Positions 23,001-38,000 of a stretch of DNA of 64,000 nucleotides are shown piece after piece. Source of the stretch: the human T2T-CHM13v2.0 reference genome, Homo sapiens; the NCBI RefSeq assembly GCF_009914755.1, contig NC_060946.1. One strand, 5' to 3'. Made by a program: the position numbers and the translations under genes. The notes under the pieces were generated by a model, which searched no databases, had not been told where the DNA came from, and was given only the letters and a program-made list of their open reading frames with translations. Position 1 is the stretch's first letter. Each line of letters starts with the position of its first letter.

Positions 23001-26000
23001 CCATTCGATTCCACTCGAAGATTCAATGCAATTTCATTTGAAGATGATTCCATTCGAGTCCATTCGATGTTTCCATTCAATTCCATTCAATGATTCCATT
23101 TGATTCCATTCGATGATGATTCCATTCGAGACCATTCGATGATTCCATTCAATTCCATTCGATGAGGATTGCATTCGAGTCCATTCAATGATCCCATTCA
23201 AGTCCATTCGATGATTCCATCTGATTCCATTTGAAGATGATTCCATTGATTTCATTTGATTATTCCTTTCCATTCCTTTCGATGATTATTGCATTCGAGT
23301 CCATTCAATGATTCCTTTTGGTTCCATTCGATGATGACTCCATTCAAGTGCATTCGAAGATTCAATGCAATTTCATTTTATTATGATTCCATTCGAGTCC
23401 ATTCTATGATTCCATTCAATTCTATTCGATGATGATTCCATTCTAGTGCATTAGATGATTAAATTCGTTTTCGTTCAATGATGATTCCTTTTGATTCCAT
23501 TCGATGATTCCCTTCGATTCCATTTGATGATGATTCCATTCGGGTCCATTTGACACTTCCATTCGAGTCCATTTGATGATTCCATTCGAGTCCAAATTTC
23601 ATTTCACTCAGTTCCCGTCGATGATGTTTCCGTATGATTCCATTCGATGATGATTCCATGTGATTCCATTCAATGATGATTCCGTTCGAGTCCATTTGAT
23701 GATTCTATTCAATTCCATATGATGATGATTCCATTCAATTCCATTCATTGGTGATTCCATTCATTTCTATTCATTGATTCCATTCCATTCCATTCAACAA
23801 TGATTCCACTCGATTTCCTTTGATGATTCCACTCGATTAAACTTGACGATGATTCCATTTGATTCTATTTGATGACTCCATTTTATTCTATTCAAAGATG
23901 ATTCCATTCAATTCCTTTTGAAGATGATTGCATTCAATTCCATTCGATGATTCCATTCGTTTCCATTTGATGATGATTGCGTTCGATACCAATTGATGAT
24001 TCCATTTGATTCCATTTGAGGATTCCACTCGATTCCATTCGATGATGATTCCAATCGAGTACATTCAATGATTCCATTCGAGTCCATTTGATGATTCCAT
24101 TCGATTCCATTCGATGATGATTCCATTAGAGTCCATTCGAAGATTCCATTTGATTCCATTTGATGATGATTCCATTAGAGCCCATTCGATGATTCCATCC
24201 GAGTCCATTTGATGATTCCAACCATTTACATTCAATGATGGTTCCATTCGAGTCCCTTCTTTGATTCCATTTGATTCCATTCTCTGATGACTGCATTCGG
24301 TTCCATTCGATGATGATTCCAACGGATTCCATTCGATTTCTCCATTCGATTCCCTTCCTTGCTGATTCTATTCAATTCCATTAGATGATGACTCCATTAG
24401 ATTCCATTCGATGATGATATCATCAGATCCCATTCGATGACGGTTCCATTCGATTCTATTCAATGAAGATTCTATTTGATTCCATTCGATGATTTCATTC
24501 GATTCCATTCGATGGTGATTCCATTAGTGTCCATTTGATGATTCCATTGAATTCCATTCGATGAAGATTCCATTAGAGTCCATTCAATCATTCCATTGAA
24601 GTCCATTCGAAGATTCCTTTTGATTCCATTCGATGATGATTCCATTTGAGACCATTCGATGATTCCATTCGATTCCTTTCAATGATGATTCCATTCGAGT
24701 CCATACGATGATTCCATTTGATTTCATTCCATGATGATTCCATTCGTTTCCGTTCGATTATTCCATTCTATTCCATTCAATGATGATTCCATTTGAGTCC
24801 ATTTGATGATTCATTTCGAGTCCATGTAATGATTCCATTGGGTTCAATTCGATGATGATTACATGGGATTCCATTCGATGATTCCACTCGATTCCATTCG
24901 TTGATGATTCGATTCGATTCCATTCGTTGATGATTCCATGTGATTCCATTCGATGATGATACCATTCAATTTCATGATTCTATTCGATTCAATTTGATGA
25001 TGATTCAATTCTATTCCATTGGAGGATTCCATTGGATTCCATTCGATGATGATTCCTTTTGATTCCATTTGATTATGATTCCATTCGATTGCATTCTATG
25101 ATGATTCCATTCGAGTGCATTCGAAGATTATATTCGATTCCATTTGATGATGATTCCATTCATGTTCATTCAAAGATTATATTCGATTCAATTCGATGAT
25201 TATTCCATTCCAATCCATTCAACGATTCCTTTCCATTCCGTTTGATGATGATTATATTCGATTCCATTTGATGATGATTCCATTCGTTTCCATTCGATGA
25301 TGATTCCATTTGAATTCATTCAATGATTCTCTTTGTTTCCATTGGAAGATGAATCTATTCCATTTCATTCAGTGATTCCATTTGAGTCCATTCAATGGAG
25401 ATTAAATTCGATTTCATTCGATGATTCCATTCGATTCCATTCAATGATTTTTGTATTCGAATCCATTCGATGATTCCATTCCATTCCATTCAAAGATGGT
25501 TCCATTCAATTCCATTCGATAATTCCATTCGATTCCATCAGATGATTCCAATGGATTTTATTTGATGATGATTCTATTCGAGACCATTCATTAATGCCAT
25601 TCAATTCCATTTGATGATGATTCCTTTTGAGTGCATTCAATGATTCCAATCAGTTCCATTCAATGATGATTCCATTCAAGTCCATCTGATGATTCTATTC
25701 GATTCCATTCTATAATGATTCCGTTTGAGTCCATTTGATGATTCAATTCGGGTCCTTTCGATTATTCCCTTCGATTCCATTCGATGATGATTTGGTTCAA
25801 GTCAATTCGACGCTTCCCTTTTAGTCCACTTGATGATTCCATTCAATTCCATTCTATGATGACTCCGTATGATTCCATTCCAAGATGATTCCATGTGATT
25901 CCATTCGATGATGATTCCTTTCGATGCCATTCGATTATGATTCATTTTGAGTTCATTCGACGATTCCACATGATTCCATTCAATGATGATTCCATTAGAA

Positions 26001-29000
26001 TCAATTTGATGATTCCATTCGATTCCATTCGATGATGATTCCATTCGAGTTCATTCGATGATTCCATTCTATTCCATTCCATGATAATTCCATTTGAGTC
26101 CATTCGATGATTGCATTCTATTCCATTCGATGATGATTCCATTCGAGTCCATTCGATGATTGCATTCGAGTCCATTCGATGATTCCGTTCGATTGCGTTC
26201 GATGATGATTCCATTCGAGTTTGTTCGATGATTCCATTCAATTCCATTCAATGATAATTCCATTCAAGTCCATTCGATGATTCCATTCTATTCCATTCGA
26301 TGATGATTCCTTTCGAGTCCATTCGATGATTGCATTTGATTCCAGTAGGTGATTCCATTCTATTCCATTCGATGATGATTCCATTCAAGTCCATTTGATG
26401 ATTCCATTCGATTCCATTCGAGGACGACTGCATTCGGTTCCATTCGATTATTCCATTCAATTCCATTCAATGATTCCATTTGATTCCATGCAATGATGTT
26501 TCCATTCGATTCCATTCAATGATTCCTTTCGTTTCCATTCGATTATGATTCCATTCAAGTCCATTCGATGATTTCATTCTAGTCCCTTCATTGATTCCAT
26601 CTGATTCCATTTGATGATGATTCCATTCAAGTCCATTAAATGATTCCATTTGATTCCATTCATTGATGATTCTATTTGATTCCATTCAATAATTCTATTC
26701 TATTGCATTCAATGATGATTCCATTCAATTCCATTGTATGGAATTGAATACTTTCGATTTCATTCGATGATGAATCCATACGAGTCCATTCGATGATTCC
26801 ATTCGTTTCTATTTGATGATGATTCCATTGGATTTCTTTTAATGATTCCATCCGATTCCATTCGTTGTTGGTTCCATTCAATTCCATTCGATGATGATCC
26901 CATTGGATTCCATTCGATGATTCCATTCGACTCCATTCAAAGATTCCATTTGAGTCCATTCTTTGACACCATTTGGTTCCATTCTATGATGATTGCATTC
27001 GAGTCAATTTGATGATTCCATTCGATTCCATTCGATGATTCCTTTTGATTCCATTTGATTCCATTCGATAATGATTGCATTCGATTCCTTTCGATGCTTC
27101 CCTTCAATTCCATTCAAAGTTGATTCCGTTCGAGTCCATTCGATAATTCCATTTGATTCCATTCCATGATGACTCCATTCGAATCCATTCGATGATTCCA
27201 TTCAATCCCAGTCAATGATGATTCCATTCAATTCCATTTGATGATTCCATTGGATTCCATTCGATGATGATTCCATTCGAATCCATTCGATGATTCCATT
27301 CAAGTCCATTTGATGATGATTCCATTCGAGTGCATTCAATGATGATTCCATTCGAGTTCATTCTATGATTCCATTCTGTTCCATTCAATGATACTTCCAT
27401 TTGAGTCCATTCAATGACTCCATTCTATTCCATTCGATGATTATTCCATTCGAGTCCATTCGGTGATTGCTTTCGAGTCCATTCGATGATTCCATTCGAT
27501 GATGATTCCATTCGATTCGATTCGATGACGAACCATTTGCTTCAATTTCATGATTATTCCATTTCATTCAATTCGATGATGTTTCCATTCCAGTCCATTT
27601 GATGATCATTCCATTCGAATGCATTTGACGATGATTCCATTCGAGTCCATTCGATGATGATTCCATTCAAGTCCACTCATTGATGATTCCATTGGATTTC
27701 ATTGGATGCTTCTCTTCGATTCCATTTGATGATGATTCCATCTGATTCTGTTCAATGATTCCATTCCATTCCATTTAGTGATGATTCCATTCGATTCCCT
27801 CTGATGATGATTTCATCTGATTTCATTCTATGATGATTCCATTTGATTGCATTTGATGATGATTCCAATCGAGTCCATTCGAAGATTCCATTCGATTCCA
27901 TTCGATGTTTCCATTCGATGCCATTCGATGATGATTCCATTCGATTCCATTTGATGATTCCATTCGATTCCATTCGATGATGATTCCATTAGAGTCCATT
28001 CAATGATTCCATTAGATTGAATTCAATGATGATTCCACTCGAGTCCCTTCAATGATTCCATTTGATTCTATTGGATGATCCCTTCCGATTCCATTCGATG
28101 ATTCCATTCGATTCTATTCGATGATCATTCCATTCGGTTCCATTTGATGATTCCATTCGATTCCATTCATTGATGATTCCATGTGATAACATTTGATGAT
28201 GATTCCATTCGATTCCAGTCGATGATGATTCCATTCAATTGCAGTCGATGATGATTCCATTTGAATCCAAATGATGATTCCATTCGATTGCAGTCGATGA
28301 TCATTCCATTCGAATCCATATGATGATTCCATTCGATTCCATTTGATGATTCCTTTCGATCCCATTCAATGATTCCCTTCGATTCCATTCGATGATCATT
28401 CCATTCAAATCAGTGATACCATTCGATTCCATTGGATGATGATTCCACTCGATTCCATTCCATGATGATTCCATTTGAATCCATGTGATGATGATTCCAT
28501 TAGTTTCCATTTGATGATTCCATGCGATTCCATTTGTTGATGATTCCATTCGATTCCATTCGATGATGATTCCATTAGATTCCATTCGATGATGATTCCA
28601 TTAGATTTCATTCGATGATTCTATTTGATTCCATTTGATGATGATTCCCTTCTATTCCATTCGATAATTCCATTCGATTCCATTCTATGATGATTCAATT
28701 CGATTCCTTTTGATGATGATTCCATTTGATTCCATTCGATGATGATTCCACTGGTGTCCATTCTACGATTCCACTCGATTCCATTCGATTCCATTCGATG
28801 ATGATTCCATACGAGTCCGTTAGATGATTCCATTTGATTCCATTGGATGATGATTCCATTCGATGCCATTCGATGGTTCCATTCAATTTCATTGATGACG
28901 ATTCCATCTGATTCCATTCGATGATTCCATTTGATGAGGATTCCATTAGAAGCAATTCGATAATTCCATGATATTCCATTCGATGATGATTCCATTCATT

Positions 29001-32000
29001 CCCATTCAATAATTCCATTCGAGTCCATTTGATGATTCCACTTGAGTCCATTCGATGACACCATTTGTGTCCATTCGATGATGATTCCATTCGAGTCCAT
29101 TCGAAGATGATTCCATTCATGTCCATTCAATGATGATTCCATTTGATTCCCTTCGTTCATGTTTCCATTAGATTCCATTCAAGGATGATTCAATTTGACT
29201 CCGTTTGATGATGATTCCATTCAATATCATTCGATGTTTCCATTCGATGCCATTCGATGATGATTCCATTCGATTCCATTTGATGATTCCATTCGATTCC
29301 ACTCGATGTTGATTCCATTCGATTCCATTCGATGATTCCATTTGATTCCATTTGATGATGAGCCATTTGATTTAATTCCATGATGATTCCATTTGATTCA
29401 ATTCGATGATGTTTCCATTCGGTTCCATTCGATGATGATTCCATTCGATTCCATTCTACGATGATTCCATTCGAGTCCATTCGATGATTATTCCATTCGA
29501 TTCCATTCGATGGTTATTCCATTCATGTCCATTCGATGATTCCATTCAATTCCATTCGAATATGATTCCATTCAATTACTTTCAATGATTCCATTTGAGT
29601 CCGTTCGGTAATGATTCAATTCGATTTCATTCAATGCCTCTATTTGATTCCATTCAATGATTCCATTCGATTCCATTCAGTGTTGGTTCCATTCGATTCC
29701 ATTCGATGATGATTTTATTCGATTTAATTTGATGATTCCATTTGATTCCATTCGATGATGATTCCATTTCAGTCCATTGGATGATTCTGTTCATTTCCAT
29801 TTGGTAATGATTCCATTGGAATCCATTCAATGATTCCATTTGATTCCATTCATTGATGATTCCAATCGAGTCCATTTAATGATTCCATTCGTTTCCCTTT
29901 GATGATGATTCCTTTGGATTCCATTCGATGATTCCATTTGATTCAATCCATTGATTATTCCATGAGATTCCATTCAATGATGATTCCATTTGACTGCATT
30001 CGATGATGATTCCAGTTGATTTCATTCGATGCTTCTATTCGATTTCATTCGATTATGATTCCATCTGATTCCATTCGATGATCCCATTCGATTCCATTCA
30101 GTGTTGATTCCATTTGATGATGATTCCATTTGATTCCATTAGATAATGATTCCATTCGACCCCCTTCGATGATTCCATTCGAGTCCATTCAATGATTCCA
30201 TTCGAGTCCATTCGATGATTCCATTGGACTCCATTTGATGATGATTCCATTCAATGATTCCATTCGATTCTATACTACGATGATTCCATTCGATTTTGTT
30301 CGATGTTGATTCTTTCAATTCCATTTGATGATTCCATTCGATGATTCCATTCGATTACATTCGACGATGATTCCATTCGAATCCATTCGATGATTGCATT
30401 TGATTCTATTTGATGATGATTCCATTTGATTCCATTTGATGATGACTGCATTAGTTTCCATTTGAGGATTCCATTTGATTCCATTTGATGATGATTCTGA
30501 TAGATTCCATTCGATGATTCTATTTGCTTCCTTTCGATGATTCCATTTGATAATGATTCCATTCGAGTCCACTCGATATTTCCATTCGAGCCCATTCAAT
30601 AATTCCATTTGGGTCCAATCGATGATTCCATTTGAGTCCATTCGATCATTCCATTTGAGTCCATTCGATTATGATTCCATTCGAGTCCATTTGATAATTC
30701 CATTTGATTCCATTAGATGATAATTCCATTCGAGTGCATTCTATGATGATTCCATTCGAGTTCATTCAATGATTCCATTCTATTCCATTCGATGTTGATT
30801 CCATTCCACTCCATTCGATGATGATTCCATTCGATACCATTTTATGATTCAGTTCGATTCCATTCGATGACTCACTTTGATTCATTTTGATGATGATTCC
30901 ATTCGATTCCATTCGATGATTCCTTTCAATTTTATTTGATGATGATTCCATTTGAATCCGTTTGATGATGCGTCCTTTTGATTCCATTTGATGATGATTC
31001 CATTCGTTTCCTTTCGATGATGATTCCTTTTGATTCCATTTGATGATGATTCCATTCGATTCCATAGAGGCTGATTGCATTCGAGGCCATTCGATGATTC
31101 CATTCGAGTCCATTCAATGATGACTCTATTTGATTCAATTCGATGGTGATTCCATTTGAGACCATTCAATGATTCCGTTCGATTCCATTCGATGATTCCA
31201 TTCGATTCCATTTGATGATGATTCCATTTGATGCCATTCGATGATGATTCCTTTTGAATCCATTCGATAATGACACCGTTAGATTCCATTTGAGGATGAT
31301 TCCATTCAGTTCCATTGAATGATGATTCCATTAGATTCCATTCAATAATTCCATTCCATTCCATTCATTGATTATTCCATTCGAATCCATTTGATGATGA
31401 TTCTTTTTGATACCATTTGATGATGATTCCATTCGAGTCCATTCGATGTTGATTCCATTGGATTCCATTCAATGATGACTCCATTCGATTTCATTTGATG
31501 ATTTTATTCGTTTCCATTCGATTCCATTCCATGATAATTCCTTATGAGTCCATTTGATAATTCCATTCGATTTGATTCGATGATGATTCCATTCGAGTCC
31601 GTTAGATGATTCCATTCAGTCCCATTCTATGATGCTGTTAGATTACAGTTGACGATTCCCTTCGATTCCATTCAATGATTATTCCATTCAATTCCATTCG
31701 ATGATTCGAGTCGATTCCATTCAATGATGATTCCACTGGATTCCATTTGATTATGATTCCATTCAATTCCATTCGATGATGATTTCATTCGATTCCAAAC
31801 GATGATGACTCCATTAGGTTCCATATGATGATGATTCCACTGTGTTCCATTCGATGATGATTCCAGTGGATTCCATTTGGTGATGATTCCATTCGATTCC
31901 ATTTGATGATGATTCAGTTGGATTTCATTCTGTATTTCTATTCGATTCCATTCAATGATGATGCCTTTCTATTCCATTCGATGATTCCATTTGATACCAT

Positions 32001-35000
32001 TCAATGATGATTCCATTCGATAATGTTTCCATTCCACTCCATTCAATGATGATTCCATTAGAGTCCATTTCATTATTCCCTTTGATTCAATTCGATGATG
32101 ATTCCATTAGAGTCCATTCGATGATTTCATTCAATTCCATTTGATGATGAATCCATCTGATGCCATTCGATGATTCCATTCCATTTTATTCGATGATGAT
32201 TCCATTCAATTGCATTCGATGATTCCATTTGCTACCATTCGATTATGATTCCTTTCATGTCATTCGATGTTTCCATTAGATTGCATTTGAAAATGATTCC
32301 ATTCGAGTCCATTCAATGATTCCATTTGAATCCATTCGATGATGATTTCATTCAATTCCATTTGATGATTCCATTTGATTCCATTCGATGATGATACCAT
32401 TTGAGACCATTCGATGATTCCACTTGATCCCATATGATCATTCCATTTGAATCCACATAATGATTCCATTTGAGTTCTTTCAGTGATTCCATTCGATTCC
32501 ATCCAATGATTCCATTCGATTCCATTCAATGTTTCCATTCGATTCCATCCGATGATGATTCCATTCAAGTCCATTCGATGATTCCATTTGAGTCCATTCG
32601 ATGATTACATTTGATTCCATTTGATGATGATTCCATTCAATTCCATTGGATGATTCTATTTGATTCCGTTCGATGATGATTCCATTAGATTCCACTCAAT
32701 GATGATTCCTTTTGATTTCATTCGATGAATCCATTCTATTCCACTTAATGATGATTCCATTCAATTCCATTCGATGATTCCATTCTATTTCATTTGATGA
32801 TGTTTCTATGAGAGTCCGTTTGGTGATTCCATTCCTTTCCATTTGATTATGATTCCCTTTGTGTCCATTTGATGATTTCATTCGATTCCATTCTATGATA
32901 CCATTCGAATCCATTTGATGATTCCCTTCTATTCCATTCAATGATCATTCCATTCGATTCCATTCGATGATGGTTCCATTGGATTCCATTCATTGATGAT
33001 TCCATTCGATGATGACACCATTAGGTTCCACTTGATGATGATTCCATTCAGTTCCATTCGATGATGATTCCAATAGATTATGTTCAATGATTCCATTCGA
33101 TTCCATTCATTGATGATTCCATTTGATTCTAATCAATGATGATTCCATTCGATTCCATTCGGTGATGATTCAATTTGATTTCATTCGATAATGCTATTCA
33201 ATTCCATTCATGATGATTCCATTCTATTCCATTCGTTGATTCCATTCAATTAGATTCAATGATGATTCCATTCCATTCCATTTGATGATGATTCCATCCG
33301 ATGTTATTCGATGATTCCATTAGATTTCATTCGATGATGATTCCATTCGATTCCATTCGATGATGATTCCATTCGATTCAAATAGATGAAGATTCCTTTC
33401 GAGTAAATTCGATGATTCCATTAGACTCCATTCGATGATGACTCCATTCGAGTCCATTCGATGATTCCATTCGATTCCATTCAATGATGATTCCATTCGA
33501 GTCCATTTGATGATTCCATTCGATTCCATTCAATGATGATTCCACTCGAGTCCATTCAATGATTCCATTACATTTCATTCGATGATTCTGTTCGATTCCA
33601 TTAGATGAGGATTCCGTTCTATCCCATTCGACAATTCCATTCTATCCAACTCAATGATGATTCCATTCATTCCATTCGATGATGATTCCATTCGAGTGCA
33701 TTAAATGATTCCATTCGATTCCATTCAATGATGATTCCATTCGGGTCCATTCGATGATTCCATTTGATTCTATTGGATGATGATTCCATTCGATGCCATT
33801 CCATGATTCCATTCGATTTCATTCGATGGTGATTCCTTTCCATTCCATTCATTGATGATTCCATTCAATTCCATTCTATGATGATTCCCTTCTAATCCAT
33901 TTGATAATGATTCCATTAGATTCCATTCGATGATTCCATTCGATGATGATTCCTTTCGTGTACATTTGCAGATTCCATTCGATTCCATTTGATGATGACT
34001 CCATTCGAGTCCATTCCATGATTCCATTTGATTCCATTCGTTGATGTTTCCATTCGAATCCATTCGATGATCCCGTTTGATTCCATTTAATGATGATTCC
34101 ATTCGAGTTCACTCGATGATTCCATTTGAATCCATTCGATGATTATTCCATTCGAGTCCATTCGAAAATTCTGTACGATTTCATTTGATGATGATTCCAT
34201 TGGAGTTCATTTGATGATTCCATTCGAATCCATTCGTTGATGATTCCATGCGAGTCCATTCAATGATTCCATTCGATTTCATTCGACGATTCTATTCGAT
34301 TCCATTTGAGGATGATTCCATTCTATTCCATTCAATGATTCCTTTCGATTCCATTCGATGATGATTCCCTTCATTCCACTCGATGATGATTCCGTTCAAT
34401 TCCATTCGATGATGATTCCATTCGAGTCCATTCAATGATTCCATTCGCTTCCATTCAATGTTGATTCCATTCAATTCCATTCGATGATTCCATTTGATTC
34501 CATTCGTGATGATTCCATTCGTGTCCTTTCGATGATTCCATATGATTCCATTCGATCATACCGTTTCATTCCATTCGATGATTCCCTTTGATTCCATTCA
34601 ATGATCATTCCATTTGATTCCATTCGAAGATTCCATTCGATTGTATTTGATGCTGATTCCATTCGCAACCATTCGATCATGATTCCATTCGAATCCTTTC
34701 GATGATTATTCCATTCATTTCCATTCGATGATTACTCCATTTGGTTCCATTTGATGATGATTCCATTCGGTTCCATACTATGATCATTCCATTAGATTCC
34801 ATTCAATGATTCCATTCGATTCTGTTCAATGATGATTCCATTCATTCCATTCAATGATTCCATTTGATTCCTTTCGATGATGATTCCACTTGAGTCCATT
34901 CAATAATTCCATTCGATTCCATTTGATGATGATTCCATTTGTGTCCATTCGATGTTTCCATTCGATTCCATTTGGTGATGAGTCCATTTGATGCCATTCG

Positions 35001-38000
35001 ATGATTCCATTTGATTTCATTCAATGATTATTGCATTAACTTCCATTCATTGATGATTCCATTTGATTCCATTTGATGATGATTCCATTCGAATCCATTC
35101 CTTGATGATTCCATTCGAGTCCAATCGAGGATTCCATTTGAGTCTATTTGATGATTCCATTCGTTTCCATCCCATTATGATTCAATTCGAGTCCATTTGA
35201 TGATGATTCCATTCAATTCTATTTGATGATTCAAATCGATTCCATTCAGTGATTCACTTCGAATACTTTTAATGATGATTCCACTCGATTCCATTCGATG
35301 ATTCCATTCGATTCCATTAGATGAGGATTCCATTCTATTCCACTCGATGATTCTATTTGATTCCGTTCAATGATGATTCCATTTGATTCCATTCAGTGAT
35401 TCAATTCGCTTCCATTCGATGTTGATTCCATTGGATTCCATTTGATGATTCCATTCGATTCCTTTTGATTCCATATGATTTTCATTGCATTCAATTCCAT
35501 TGATGATGATTGCATTAGAATCCATTCGATGATTCCATTAGTGTCCATTTGATGATTCCATTCGTGTCCATTCCACGATGATTCCATTTAATTACATTCG
35601 ATGACGATTAAATTCGACTCCATTTGATGATTCCATTCCCTTCCATTCGATGAGGATTCCATTCTTTTCCAGTCGATTATTACATTCGATTCCATTCAAT
35701 GAGGATTCCATTCCATTCCATTAGATGATTCCAATCGATTCAATTCGATGATGATTCCATCCAATTCCATTCGTTGATTCCATTCCTTTCTATTGGATAA
35801 TGATTTCATTCGTGTCCATTCGATGATTCTGTTTGAAGCCATTTGATGTTTGCTTTTGTTTCCATTCTATGATGACTCCATTCGATTCCATTTGATGATG
35901 AATCCATTCGACACCATTCTATGATTCCATTCAATTCCATTCGATGATGATTCCATTTGATTCCATTCGATGATTCAATTCACCTTCATTTGATGTTGAT
36001 TCCTTTTGATTCCTTTTGATAATTCCTTTTGATTCCATTTGATGATGATTCCATTCGTGTCCATTTGATGATTTAATACAAATCCATTCAAACATACTGC
36101 TCAATTCCATTCGATGATTCCCATTGATTCCATTCGATGATCATTCTATTTGATTCCATTCAATGATTCCATTCAATTGCATCCAATGCTGATTCCATTC
36201 ACAACCATTCGATGATGATTCCATTCAATTCCATTCGATGCTGATTCCATTGCATTCCATTTGATGATGACTCCATTAGGTTCCATTTGATGATGATTCC
36301 ATTCGGTTCCATACAATGATGATACCGTTAGATTCCATTTGATGATTCCATTCGATTCCATTCGATGATGATTCTATTTGATTCCACTCGATGATGACTC
36401 CATTTGGTTCCATTTGATGATGATTCCACTCAGTTCCATACGATGAAGATTCCATTAGATTCCATTCGATTTCATTCGATGATGATTCCATTCGATTCCA
36501 TTCGTTGATGATTCCATTCGATTCCATTTGATGATGATTCCATTTGATTTCTTTCTTTAACTCTATTCGATTCCATTTGATGATGATTCCATTCGGTTCC
36601 ATTTGATGATTCCATTCGATTCCATTCATTGATGATTCCATTCGATTCCATTTGATGACAATTCCATTCAATTACATTCGATGATGATTCAATTAGATTT
36701 CATTCTATAACTCTATTCGATTCCATTCAATGATGATTCCATTCTATTCCATTAGATGATTCCATTGTATTCCATTCAATGATTATCCCATTCGATTCCA
36801 TTCGATGATGACTCCAATCATTTCCATTCAATGATGATTCAATTCGAGTCCATTCGATGATTCCATTCGATTCCATTCAAAGATGATTCCATTCTAGTCC
36901 ATTCGATGATTCCATTGGATTCCATTCAATGATTCCATCCAATGCCATTCGATGATTTCATTCAATTTCGTTTGATGATGATTCCATTTGATTCTATTCG
37001 ATGATTCCATTCGATTCCATTTAATGATCATTCCTTTCGATTCCATTCGATGTTTCCATTCAATTCATTCGATGATGATTCCATTCGAGTCCATTCAATG
37101 ATTCCATTCGAGTCCATTCGATGTTTCCATTCGGGTCCATTTGACTATTCCATTCGATCCCATCCCATGATGATTCCATTCGAGTCCATTCAGTGATGAT
37201 TCCATTCGATTCAATTCGATGATTCAATTTGATTCCATTCGATGATTCACTTCAATATCTTTCAATTATGATTCCATTCCATTCCTTTCAATGATTCCAT
37301 TCGATTCCATTTGATGATGATTCGTTTGGACTCCATTTGAGTTTAATTTCATTTGATTCCATTGATGATGTTTGCATTCTAGTCCATTCGATGATTCTAT
37401 TAAAGCCCATTCGACAATTCCATTCAAGTCCATTCAACGATGATTCCATTCAATTCCATTCGATGAGGATTCCATTCCTGTCCATTAGATGATTTGATTC
37501 GTTTCCATTGGATGATGATTCCATTCATGTCCATTCAATTATTCTGTTCGAATCCATTCGATGTTTGCTTTCAATTCCATTCGATGATGATTCCATTCTA
37601 TTCCATTTGATTATGATTCCATTCGATACCATTCTATGATCCCTTTCATTTCCATTCGATGATGATTCCATTCCATTCCATTCAATGATACCATTCGATG
37701 AGGATTCCATTGAATTCCTTTCTATGATTCCATGCAATTTCATTCAATGATGTTTCTATTCGAGTCCATTCGATGACTCCATCCAATTCCATTCTATGAT
37801 GATTCCATTCGAGTCCATTCGAAGTTTCCATTCGATTCCATTCGATGATGATTCCATTCGAGTCCATTCTATGATTCAATTCAATTCCATTCGATGTTTC
37901 CCTTCGATTCCATAAGATGGTCATTCCATTCGATTCCAATCGTTGATGATTCCATTGGACTCCATTCGATGTTGATTCCATTTGAATCCATTCGATGATG

